Shown piece after piece: positions 42,958-50,606 of a stretch of 64,000 bases of DNA (positions are counted from its first letter, which is position 1; each line of letters starts with the position of its first letter). The DNA lies in the NCBI GenBank assembly GCA_039584755.1, contig JBDGXD010000002.1, forward strand, positions 2,706 to 66,705, written 5' to 3'. This stretch comes from Gemmatimonadota bacterium (lineage in GTDB: Bacteria > Gemmatimonadota > Gemmatimonadetes > Gemmatimonadales > GWC2-71-9). A program made the translations under genes and the position numbers. The notes under the pieces were generated by a model, which was not told the DNA's origin, did not search any database, and saw only the letters and a program-made list of their open reading frames with translations.

Positions 42958-44412
42958 CTAGCGACGGCGCCGCCGTCGTCGTCGTCGCGCTCGACCGCTC
43001 GCCTTGTTGGCAGGAAGCAACTGCATTCGGTGGTGCAGCTCCTCCACTGATTCAGCCCGGACTATCTCACGTCGCCTCCGCTGGACACTGAGGAGCAAAG
43101 GGCGGTCGAGAGAGGGGAGGTCCCGCTTGCGCAAGCGGCGAGCCTGACCTTCTCGCAACCTTAACACAGCAACCGGGTTCACACCCTCAAGTTCATAGAC
43201 GATTGGGATTCTGTCACCCAGAACGGATACCGAGGTTGGCAACGCGTCCAACGGTTTGCGAAGGTCGGGGTCCAGCATCTGGTCCACGTCGAGACGCAGA
43301 TCCACCTGCAGGAAGTCGCTCCAGCTTTCCACCCACCCCAGTTGGCCTCTGAGCAGCTCGATCGCGTGTACCGGATTGGCCGCCTCGATCATGCAGCCAG
43401 AGCGACGCCAGTACTCGTCCAGGCGCGCAACTGCCCGTGATATGTCAGCTTGCGATCGATGTGCGGTGACACCGTCTGTAAGTGCCCGGGCCAATACGTC
43501 CCGCGCTGCGTCAACGAATTCCTCGGGGATCTCGTCGGCAAGCCACGTGCGTTCGTTGCTCAACTCGAATCCGAAGTACGCCGTTCGTCGCGTTGCAACC
43601 AAGCCTGAGCGCCGATTGTCAACTTGAAACTCGATTATGGGGTCTCCCCGCCTGGCGTACCGCTGGATCATGCGCAGTGGGATGTTGGTACCCTCGATTG
43701 CGGCTCGCGGCACTCCAAAGCGGTTGGCGAAGAATGACAATGCTCCGGCGATTGCCGAATAGGGATTGCACACCGATGAGCGAGACACCCGAACTCTCTC
43801 GCCGGAAACCGACTCTTCACCGATGACCAACTCGAATGGCATTATTCGAGCTATCAGATCTCTGAATCGCGTCGCGACGTCATTCTTGACGCGGGGCAGT
43901 TTCTCTCCAAGTGGCCGTTCCAAGGTTCGCATCACCGATGCCGTACCCAACGCAACGTCCTCGATTGCCTTGACCAGCACGCCTCGCTCATCGGCCCAGC
44001 GGTCGATCTCGTCGGTGAACAGATGGCGCGGAAGGCCGTAGACACGACCCACGTAGCCACATTCGTTGACTGCGGCGGCGAATATGTTGTACGCGGTCAG
44101 ATGGTCGCTGCCATGAACGACCAGCCCACGAAGATCGGATTCCTCCCGAGTGATCCTGTGTAGCGAATCGACGTTGGCTGCAACCGCTAGGTACGGGATC
44201 AAATCGTCGTCGGCGTGTGCCAGCAGTTCACCCCAAGGGCGGTCCACCGGCATGGCCTCCACATCTCTCCCATAGTCAGTCAAGCGGCCGGCGTGCACCA
44301 GGCCGCGGTCGCTCAGCAGCCTGACGGACGCGGAGTAAGCGCGGCGGTCGAGCGGTACTGGAAGGTCCAGCGCGGCAAAGTCAACACCGAGGGCCGCGGC
44401 CGTCAGGGCCAC
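42958..44412 (-). CDS. DEAH-box helicase C-terminal fragment (HA2/OB-like region, HrpA/HrpB-like) ending in a poly-Arg tail
   Basis: The frame is open upstream to about 44490 (... VPTPPDFQLAGDTERVALTAAALGVDFAALDLPVP ...), resembling the post-RecA2 PEI ... region of DEAH helicases. It ends in GRA followed by nine Arg. Confidence 0.65.
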   Translation of the reverse strand: MALTAAALGVDFAALDLPVPLDRRAYSASVRLLSDRGLVHAGRLTDYGRDVEAMPVDRPWGELLAHADDDLIPYLAVAANVDSLHRITREESDLRGLVVHGSDHLTAYNIFAAAVNECGYVGRVYGLPRHLFTDEIDRWADERGVLVKAIEDVALGTASVMRTLERPLGEKLPRVKNDVATRFRDLIARIMPFELVIGEESVSGERVRVSRSSVCNPYSAIAGALSFFANRFGVPRAAIEGTNIPLRMIQRYARRGDPIIEFQVDNRRSGLVATRRTAYFGFELSNERTWLADEIPEEFVDAARDVLARALTDGVTAHRSQADISRAVARLDEYWRRSGCMIEAANPVHAIELLRGQLGWVESWSDFLQVDLRLDVDQMLDPDLRKPLDALPTSVSVLGDRIPIVYELEGVNPVAVLRLREGQARRLRKRDLPSLDRPLLLSVQRRRREIVRAESVEELHHRMQLLPANKASGRARRRRRRRRR

Positions 44413-44486
44413 ACGTTCAGTATCACCAGCCAGTTGGAAATCCGGTGGTGTCGGGACCAGAGCTGCGAAATCGATATCACGATCCG

Positions 44487-45428
44487 TTAATTGCGCCCGC
44501 GATCGATGACGATGTTGTAGCAGGCGTCGTAGATAACGACAGTGTCGAGGCCCTGGACATTCAGAGCAGATTGACCTGCCTGGGTCATGCTCAGAACGAA
44601 CGGCTTCTGTGCAGTCCCATCGAGAAAAGGCTTGATCACTCGTATCGGCTCACCACCGTGGTAGAACGCGGTGTTGAGGTGTTCCCAACGCCATCCAAGC
44701 TCACCAGCAACCTGCTCGACCTCCGCGCGTGTTGGCAGGAAGACGGCTACACCACGATGCTCCTTCACCACTCTGCGAATGAAGTGATCGTCGATGAAAG
44801 CCGATGGCGACTCGCGACTGTATTCAACTCGGGCCGCCATGTCCGGATCGAACACAGAAGTCTCGAGCACTTCGGTTGATTCCAAATAGTCAGCGTAGAA
44901 CGCGGGATCTACGGTGGCCGAAAGCCAGATGAAACGGCAGCCGACTCGCTTGCCCAACGCGAGACATAGCTCCAGTTCGGCTGAGGTCTGATGTATCTCG
45001 TCCACCACCAAGGTGTCATGTGAGTCGATTAGATCATCCTGAAACCAACGGCGGGCAATGCCAGTGGTTACGATGACCACATTCCACGTGGGTGTTTCCG
45101 GCATCGCCTCCCGTTCGCGATTCACCACCCCGACCTTGAGCTGGGTACCCAGGATTTCTTCTGAGATCGAGCGGATCGCCAAGGTCTTACCTGTTCCAGT
45201 ACCTGCCACAATGCCGAAGCCCCGGCCGCTGCTCGCCAGCTGTGCCACCTCTTCTCCGTGTTCACGGTCCAGCACGGTTGAGATATTCAGATGCATCGCG
45301 AACTCGATGGTCTCGCATGCCGCTCTGGTGGGAGCGATCACGATGACGCGACCCGTGGACGGCTCGGCTCTACGATAGGCCTCCGGATCCGGCGGTAGGT
45401 AGTGATCTCGTACGTGATGCCGCGACAT
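44487..45428 (-). CDS. DEAH-box helicase N-terminal fragment (RecA1 plus part of RecA2)
   Basis: Motif I AGTGTGKT, motif II DEIH, motif III SAT, and the start of RecA2 (FLPTRAEVE ... SMTQAGQSALNVQGLDTVVIYD). It stops at TAA before any motif VI (QRxGRxGR). Confidence 0.7.
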   Translation of the reverse strand: MSRHHVRDHYLPPDPEAYRRAEPSTGRVIVIAPTRAACETIEFAMHLNISTVLDREHGEEVAQLASSGRGFGIVAGTGTGKTLAIRSISEEILGTQLKVGVVNREREAMPETPTWNVVIVTTGIARRWFQDDLIDSHDTLVVDEIHQTSAELELCLALGKRVGCRFIWLSATVDPAFYADYLESTEVLETSVFDPDMAARVEYSRESPSAFIDDHFIRRVVKEHRGVAVFLPTRAEVEQVAGELGWRWEHLNTAFYHGGEPIRVIKPFLDGTAQKPFVLSMTQAGQSALNVQGLDTVVIYDACYNIVIDRGRN

Positions 45429-45512
45429 GGACTCAACTTAATCCAGTATACAGCTGTGGCATGGCACGATGTCGCTTAGATTGCATCCGACTCATCCTCA
45501 GGGGACGCTGGC

Positions 45513-46817
45513 GTGACAGACGAAAACAAGCCTCACTCCGAAAAACCCAAGACCGAAAGCAAGGGCATCAAGCTCCACACCCAGATTCTCATCGGACTGC
45601 TCCTGGGCGCATTGCTCGGGCCAGTCATGGGGAATGCGGCGCTCTGGATCAAGCCCATCGGCGACGCGTTCATCAATCTCCTGATCATGATTGTCGTGCC
45701 GCTCGTGATGGCCTCACTCATAGTAGGTACCGCCAGTCTCGGTAACCTCAGGAAGCTTGGCCGAATCGGGCTGAAGACGGTGGGCTATTACCTGGTCGCC
45801 ACTGCAATCGCCGTCTCATTCGGATTGGCTGCCGGCAAGGCATTCAATCCGGGCGCCGGAATGGATGAGGATGTGAAGGCTCGCATGATGACGGACTATG
45901 CCGGCGTTACCGAACAGCAACTGGAACGAGTAGCCGAGAAGCCGAGCCTGTCTGAGTTCCTGGTCAACATTGTGCCCCGCAATCCATTCAGGGCGATGGT
46001 CGAGACGAACTTCCTGCAGATCATCTTCTTTGCCCTGCTGTTCGGCATATCACTCACTATCCTGCCAGAGGAGCGTCGCAAACCGGTCGTCAACCTTCTC
46101 CAGTCCATAAACGACGCGATGATAGTGCTGGTGAAGATGGTCATGAGGATCGCACCGCTTGGTGTGTTCGCCCTCATTGCTGCCGTCGCGGCACAATTCG
46201 GCTACGGTGTTCTGCTGACCCTGCTGAAATACGTAGTCGTCACGATCGGGACGATGATCGCCTTTGTCGCGATCGTATACCCGATCTCGCTCCGTCTGTC
46301 GGGCATGTCGCCGGTTTACTTCTTCAAGAAGTACTACGAGGTCGCGCTGTTTGCTTTCTCGACTTCGTCCAGCAACGCCACTCTACCGATCAACATTCAG
46401 GTCTCGAAAGAGGACCTGGGTGTATCGAATGACGTGGCCTCGTTTGTGCTGCCACTGGGCGCCACCATCAATATGAATGGGACTGCCATCTACCAGGGAG
46501 TGAGTACCATCTTCATCGCTCAGGTGTTCGGCATGACGCTGGGCATACAGGATCTCATCATCGTCGTTTTGACCGCGACGCTGGCGTCAATCGGTGCTGC
46601 GGGCGTGCCGGGCATTGGCATGGTAACGCTCACAATCGTGCTGCAACAGATCGGAATCCCCGTAGAGGGTATTGCCCTAGTGGTGGGAGTCGAACGGATA
46701 CTGGACATGACTCGTACTGCTGTGAACGTAACCGGTGACACTACCTGTGCTGTATGGGTGGCAAAGACGGAAGGGGAGTTGAACACACCGCAGGAGTCGG
46801 AGGGGGCGGCAGCCTAG
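45513..46817 (+). CDS. Dicarboxylate/amino acid:cation symporter (canonical DAACS, GltP/GltT-like)
   Basis: 434 aa with the canonical motifs SSSNATLP (HP1), NMNGTAIYQG (NMDGT-like) and DMTRTAVNVTGD. Confidence 0.9.
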   Translation: MTDENKPHSEKPKTESKGIKLHTQILIGLLLGALLGPVMGNAALWIKPIGDAFINLLIMIVVPLVMASLIVGTASLGNLRKLGRIGLKTVGYYLVATAIAVSFGLAAGKAFNPGAGMDEDVKARMMTDYAGVTEQQLERVAEKPSLSEFLVNIVPRNPFRAMVETNFLQIIFFALLFGISLTILPEERRKPVVNLLQSINDAMIVLVKMVMRIAPLGVFALIAAVAAQFGYGVLLTLLKYVVVTIGTMIAFVAIVYPISLRLSGMSPVYFFKKYYEVALFAFSTSSSNATLPINIQVSKEDLGVSNDVASFVLPLGATINMNGTAIYQGVSTIFIAQVFGMTLGIQDLIIVVLTATLASIGAAGVPGIGMVTLTIVLQQIGIPVEGIALVVGVERILDMTRTAVNVTGDTTCAVWVAKTEGELNTPQESEGAAA

Positions 46818-47926
46818 TCCCCCATACTGATTCCCAGTTCCCTCGCCGTCCTGATCTGGTCGCAGTCGAGAGGCACGACGTGCGGGTTGCCGACGGCCTC
46901 TTTGAGAGGCACAGTTTTCACGTTGGGCGGATCGAAAGCGACCATATGGTTCACATCCCCCTGCTCCACAGCCCGTACAGCAGCAGCGCCGAATCTCAAT
47001 GCCAGCAGACGGTCGAAGGTGGTAGGGCGACCGCCCCTTTGAAGATGGCCCAGGGTCACAGTGCGTGTTTCCTTGCCGGTATGCATCTGGATGTACTCGG
47101 CGACGAGATTGGAGACACCGCCAAGGCGCTCGCTCGCACCCGCCACCGCTCCCGCTTTCAGAACCGCTGAACCGCCTTTGTGTGTCGCCCCCTCCGCCAC
47201 AATCACCACGCTGAACTTGCGGCCCAGCGCCTCGCGTTGGCGAACCTTGTCACACACCTTGTCAAGGTCAAATGGGATCTCGGGTATCAGTATCGCATGC
47301 GCGCTGCCCGCCAGACCCGCGTGGAGCGCTATCCACCCCGCGTAGCGGCCCATCACCTCCACGACCATCACTCGTTCGTGACTCTCGGCCGTGGACTCGA
47401 TCTTGTCCATGGCATCGGTAGCAGTGTTGACTGCGGTATCGAAGCCAAAAGTGGTCCACGTACCACCGACGTCGTTATCGATCGTCTTCGGCACACCAAC
47501 CATGGGCAGGCCTTTTTCCGCCAGGTCAGCGGCGATACCGAGCGTACCGTCACCGCCAACAGCGACTACCGCCTTTATCCCCAATAATCTCGCCTTGTCG
47601 ATCAATTCGTCGGAGCGGTCTGCTTCGACCCACGTGCCATCAGATTGTGGTACCGGCCAACGGAACGGGTTGCCGCGATTCGTCGTACCGAGCATAGTGC
47701 CGCCAACATTCGTGAGGCCTCTCACGTCTGCTCGATCGAGTGATACCACTGGCGAATCTCCCAACAAGCCACCGAACCCGCGTCTGATGCCCAGTACCTC
47801 CCAGCCGCGATTCAGCCCGCCAAGAACCACGGCACGAATCACCGCATTCAAGCCGGGTGCATCGCCACCACCCGTCGATACGGCGATACACATCGAATCG
47901 GGGTAAGCCCCATGTGGCCTATTCAT
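46814..47926 (-). CDS. pfkA: 6-phosphofructokinase (phosphoryl donor ATP vs PPi unresolved)
   Basis: TGGGDAPGLNAVIR, GGDGT, PKTIDNDV, MGR. It has Gly in GGDGT (ATP-type) but Lys in PKTIDND (seen in PPi-type and actinobacterial enzymes). Confidence 0.9.
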   Translation of the reverse strand: MNRPHGAYPDSMCIAVSTGGGDAPGLNAVIRAVVLGGLNRGWEVLGIRRGFGGLLGDSPVVSLDRADVRGLTNVGGTMLGTTNRGNPFRWPVPQSDGTWVEADRSDELIDKARLLGIKAVVAVGGDGTLGIAADLAEKGLPMVGVPKTIDNDVGGTWTTFGFDTAVNTATDAMDKIESTAESHERVMVVEVMGRYAGWIALHAGLAGSAHAILIPEIPFDLDKVCDKVRQREALGRKFSVVIVAEGATHKGGSAVLKAGAVAGASERLGGVSNLVAEYIQMHTGKETRTVTLGHLQRGGRPTTFDRLLALRFGAAAVRAVEQGDVNHMVAFDPPNVKTVPLKEAVGNPHVVPLDCDQIRTARELGISMGD

Positions 47927-47957
47927 TTGGCTGGCTCGATCATGAGCTAGTCCCCAG

Positions 47958-48176
47958 CTAACGGATCAGTCCCATCACTTCTCCAGGCCCGGCATGCCGG
48001 CCGAGCTTCTTCTTGGAGAACATCAGGCTACCATCCACCGTAACCTCGAACACGCCCCCCGAGCCCTCGATTAACTCGATCTCAGCCTCGGGATATGCAT
48101 CTTTGATTTCAGCCGCCAGACTGGTGGCTCTCGGTTCATAGTTTCAGACGACGCAGTACTCGATACTCAACTTCAT
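47958..48176 (-). CDS. SelW/Rdx-family selenoprotein (72 aa) with in-frame UGA = Sec in a CxxU motif
   Basis: Absent from the ORF track. Minus strand: GGAGGA-tcc-ATG (48176) MKLSIEYCVV, TGA (48146-48144), NYEPRATSLAAEIKDAYPEAEIELIEGSGGVFEVTVDGSLMFSKKKLGRHAGPGEVMGLIR, TAG (47960-47958). It matches the Rdx pattern (YCxxC/U ... RA ... G.FEV.V.G.L.FSK). Confidence 0.85.
48111..48129 (-). promoter_or_regulatory. Candidate bacterial SECIS hairpin downstream of the UGA
   Basis: In the mRNA, 14 nt after the UGA: AGCCACCA-GUC-UGGCGGCU. This gives 7 Watson-Crick pairs plus one A/C mismatch, with G-U in the apical loop about 23-24 nt after the UGA. Confidence 0.5.
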
Positions 48177-48311
48177 GGATCCTCCGGAGCTTTCCAATGG
48201 ACAGTGTGCGGGCAGTAAGGTACGGGTCAGCCCAGTCGGAGCCAAGGGGTCCAGGTCGTCAGCGCCTTGCAGTTTTTCGGTTGCCCGACAACATTGCGGC
48301 CGCAGCCTCTT

Positions 48312-50441
48312 ATGTCTGACACAGAAAAAAGCGTGAGCAAACCCAAGACAATCTCCCGCTCCGGATTGATCCGATTCGCCAGCGAGCTTGGCGGGTTGGG
48401 GTTCTTCTTAGTTGCCGTGGTCGGTCTCTTGGAAGATCCCACGCTCCGTGGTGGCGCCTTCACACTCCAGACGATCGTAATCGGAGCAGCTGCCGCGGCG
48501 AGCAGACGATTCGCGGTCTCCCTGCCAGGTAGAGGAATAGCGTCGTTCGCGACCGGCGTAGCGGTGGCTGCGATCTTGCTCAGGGGCTGGCAATTCGCCG
48601 TGTTCGTCATCTGTGTGGGGATGTTGTTCGGTGAAATCGTCATGCGGCGGCAACGGATTGCCGATGCCCTGTCCATCGCGGGCCACCTGGGACTGGCTAC
48701 AGGCTTCATCGGGCTTCTCTATGGGCTCATTGGCGGTGTTACGGGAGCGGGAGCCGTCGAGATCGCCAACTTGGTGCCTTTGGTGTTCATTGTGGTAGTC
48801 CTCCCGGCGTTTGTGAACGCCACGTTCTATTCGGAACTGGCTCTATCGGGGGGAGTGGCCTGGGTCGACGCCAAGCTGACCCTTCGATGGGAAGCTGTGA
48901 TGGCACTCGCAGGTAGCGGACTGGCTATAGCGTGGGTGGGCCTACTCACTGCAGAAGCTCCGACCCTGCCTGCGCTGGGAGTTGCGGCAGCCTTCATGGC
49001 CGTAGCGCTGTTGATCTACTGGGTGATCCAATCCGGTGTACGGGCTGACGAATTGCGATTGGTTCAGCGGCTGGCGGGGACGGTGGCTGCGGAGGTAAGC
49101 ATCCAACAAAGTTTTGAGCGGATCCAGCAGCTGACCACGCGACTTCTGCCCTGGGAAAACATGGGATTCGCACGGTACCAAGCGGGCACCAACGAAATGG
49201 TGATCCTCGCCGACACGGCGGGTTCGAGTGAGCTGCGGTTCCCGGCCGGAACCGGCCTTATCGGTGACGCTGTGCGGCACGGTGAACCGGTGGTGGCGAG
49301 TGCGCTCACGTATGGTGATATGGTCTTGCCCGAGGGAGAGACTCCCGGCTCAGAGATACTGGTGCCCTTGTACCATGGTGGAGGCCTGGCCGGTGCTTGG
49401 AGCATACGGCACAGCGATCCAACGATGTACCGGCGTGATGACGCGTTCTTGCTCAATCTCCTCGCTCCCCAACTCGCATTGTCACTGAATCTGAGCACAA
49501 CGGTGGCACCGTTGGTTCAGTCGTCCGATAGAGCGGCACGCTGCGTTGAGCAACTGGCTGCGACGGGCGATACGATTCGGGAGGCTACCCAGCAGGCTGC
49601 CAAGAACGCGGCAAGGGCAGAGTCCGAGGCCCGAAAGGCTGTCGAGCGAGCCGAAGACGGCGTCAAAGCGCTGGAGCGTCTGGTTGACGGCATCGGTGGC
49701 ACCCGCCAGGCCGGTACGGACACCGAACAGGCCACACGGTCGGTAGCGAAAACTGCGGTCGAGCTACACGAGGCCAGTGGCAACACGGTCGAGCAGCTGA
49801 GGCAATTGGGTTCCACGATCGAGATTGGCGTGACAGAGGTCGACCACCTGAGGGACGCAGCCCAGGATGTCGCCGAGTTTTCCGACACCATCGCAAGCAT
49901 AGCCAACCAGACCAACCTGTTGGCTCTGAACGCCACCATCGAGGCGGCCCGGACCGGTCTACAGGGGAAGGGCTTTGCCGTGGTAGCAGATGAGGTGCGG
50001 AAGCTGGCCGAGCAGAGCGCGGACGCTGCGAGAAAGATGGGAGGTAGCGCCCAGGACACTCGACGAGCCATCGACAAGGCAGCACGGGTACTGGAAGACC
50101 TTGGCGGACAGCTGGCCCAACTGACCGAAGGCTCCAACGAGTGGGCCGCTGCTCTGACCCACATCCTTGATACCGCGGAGGTTACTCGGCGTACTGGTGA
50201 GCGGATGGTGGCGCTACCACAGAGCAACCTCGAGATCGCCGAAGAGACCAGCCTCATAATGGCGGAAGCCCGTGCGGCCGCCGAGCGCTCCGCTGGCGAG
50301 GCAGCGCATCTTGTTGTGGCCACGCAGGCTCAACTTCAAGCGCTTCAGGAGCTTACGCGCAGCGGCGCAGAGTTGTCACAGATCACGAGCCAGTTGTCTG
50401 AGGCTACCCGATTCCTTCACGCGGACCAAGGAGACAACTGA
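48312..50441 (+). CDS. Methyl-accepting chemotaxis protein with polytopic N-terminal membrane domain and GAF domain
   Basis: About 8 hydrophobic helices, then a GAF-like region (... [14 protein letters not shown] ... [17 protein letters not shown] ...), then the MCP signalling domain ([43 protein letters not shown]). The start was moved from 48267 to ATG 48312. Confidence 0.85.
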   Translation: MSDTEKSVSKPKTISRSGLIRFASELGGLGFFLVAVVGLLEDPTLRGGAFTLQTIVIGAAAAASRRFAVSLPGRGIASFATGVAVAAILLRGWQFAVFVICVGMLFGEIVMRRQRIADALSIAGHLGLATGFIGLLYGLIGGVTGAGAVEIANLVPLVFIVVVLPAFVNATFYSELALSGGVAWVDAKLTLRWEAVMALAGSGLAIAWVGLLTAEAPTLPALGVAAAFMAVALLIYWVIQSGVRADELRLVQRLAGTVAAEVSIQQSFERIQQLTTRLLPWENMGFARYQAGTNEMVILADTAGSSELRFPAGTGLIGDAVRHGEPVVASALTYGDMVLPEGETPGSEILVPLYHGGGLAGAWSIRHSDPTMYRRDDAFLLNLLAPQLALSLNLSTTVAPLVQSSDRAARCVEQLAATGDTIREATQQAAKNAARAESEARKAVERAEDGVKALERLVDGIGGTRQAGTDTEQATRSVAKTAVELHEASGNTVEQLRQLGSTIEIGVTEVDHLRDAAQDVAEFSDTIASIANQTNLLALNATIEAARTGLQGKGFAVVADEVRKLAEQSADAARKMGGSAQDTRRAIDKAARVLEDLGGQLAQLTEGSNEWAAALTHILDTAEVTRRTGERMVALPQSNLEIAEETSLIMAEARAAAERSAGEAAHLVVATQAQLQALQELTRSGAELSQITSQLSEATRFLHADQGDN

Positions 50442-50606
50442 GTCCAACTCACCGATCCTCCCGATCCGGTACCTCAGAGCAGCTGGATTGTGACGTCTGC
50501 CGCAGAACCCGGGGGGAGGAAGCCGCTTATTCGTGGCATGTGAGGGCGATGAGAAGCGGCAGCATGATGGTAACACCAGTAAAACGGATGTCTTAGATTC
50601 TTGCCT

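Noticed and set aside
49517-50323. 268-aa minus-strand ORF antisense to the MCP signalling domain.
   Set aside because: Its composition is antisense-type (S/A/R-rich) with no motifs. The plus frame carries the highly conserved MCP hairpin.
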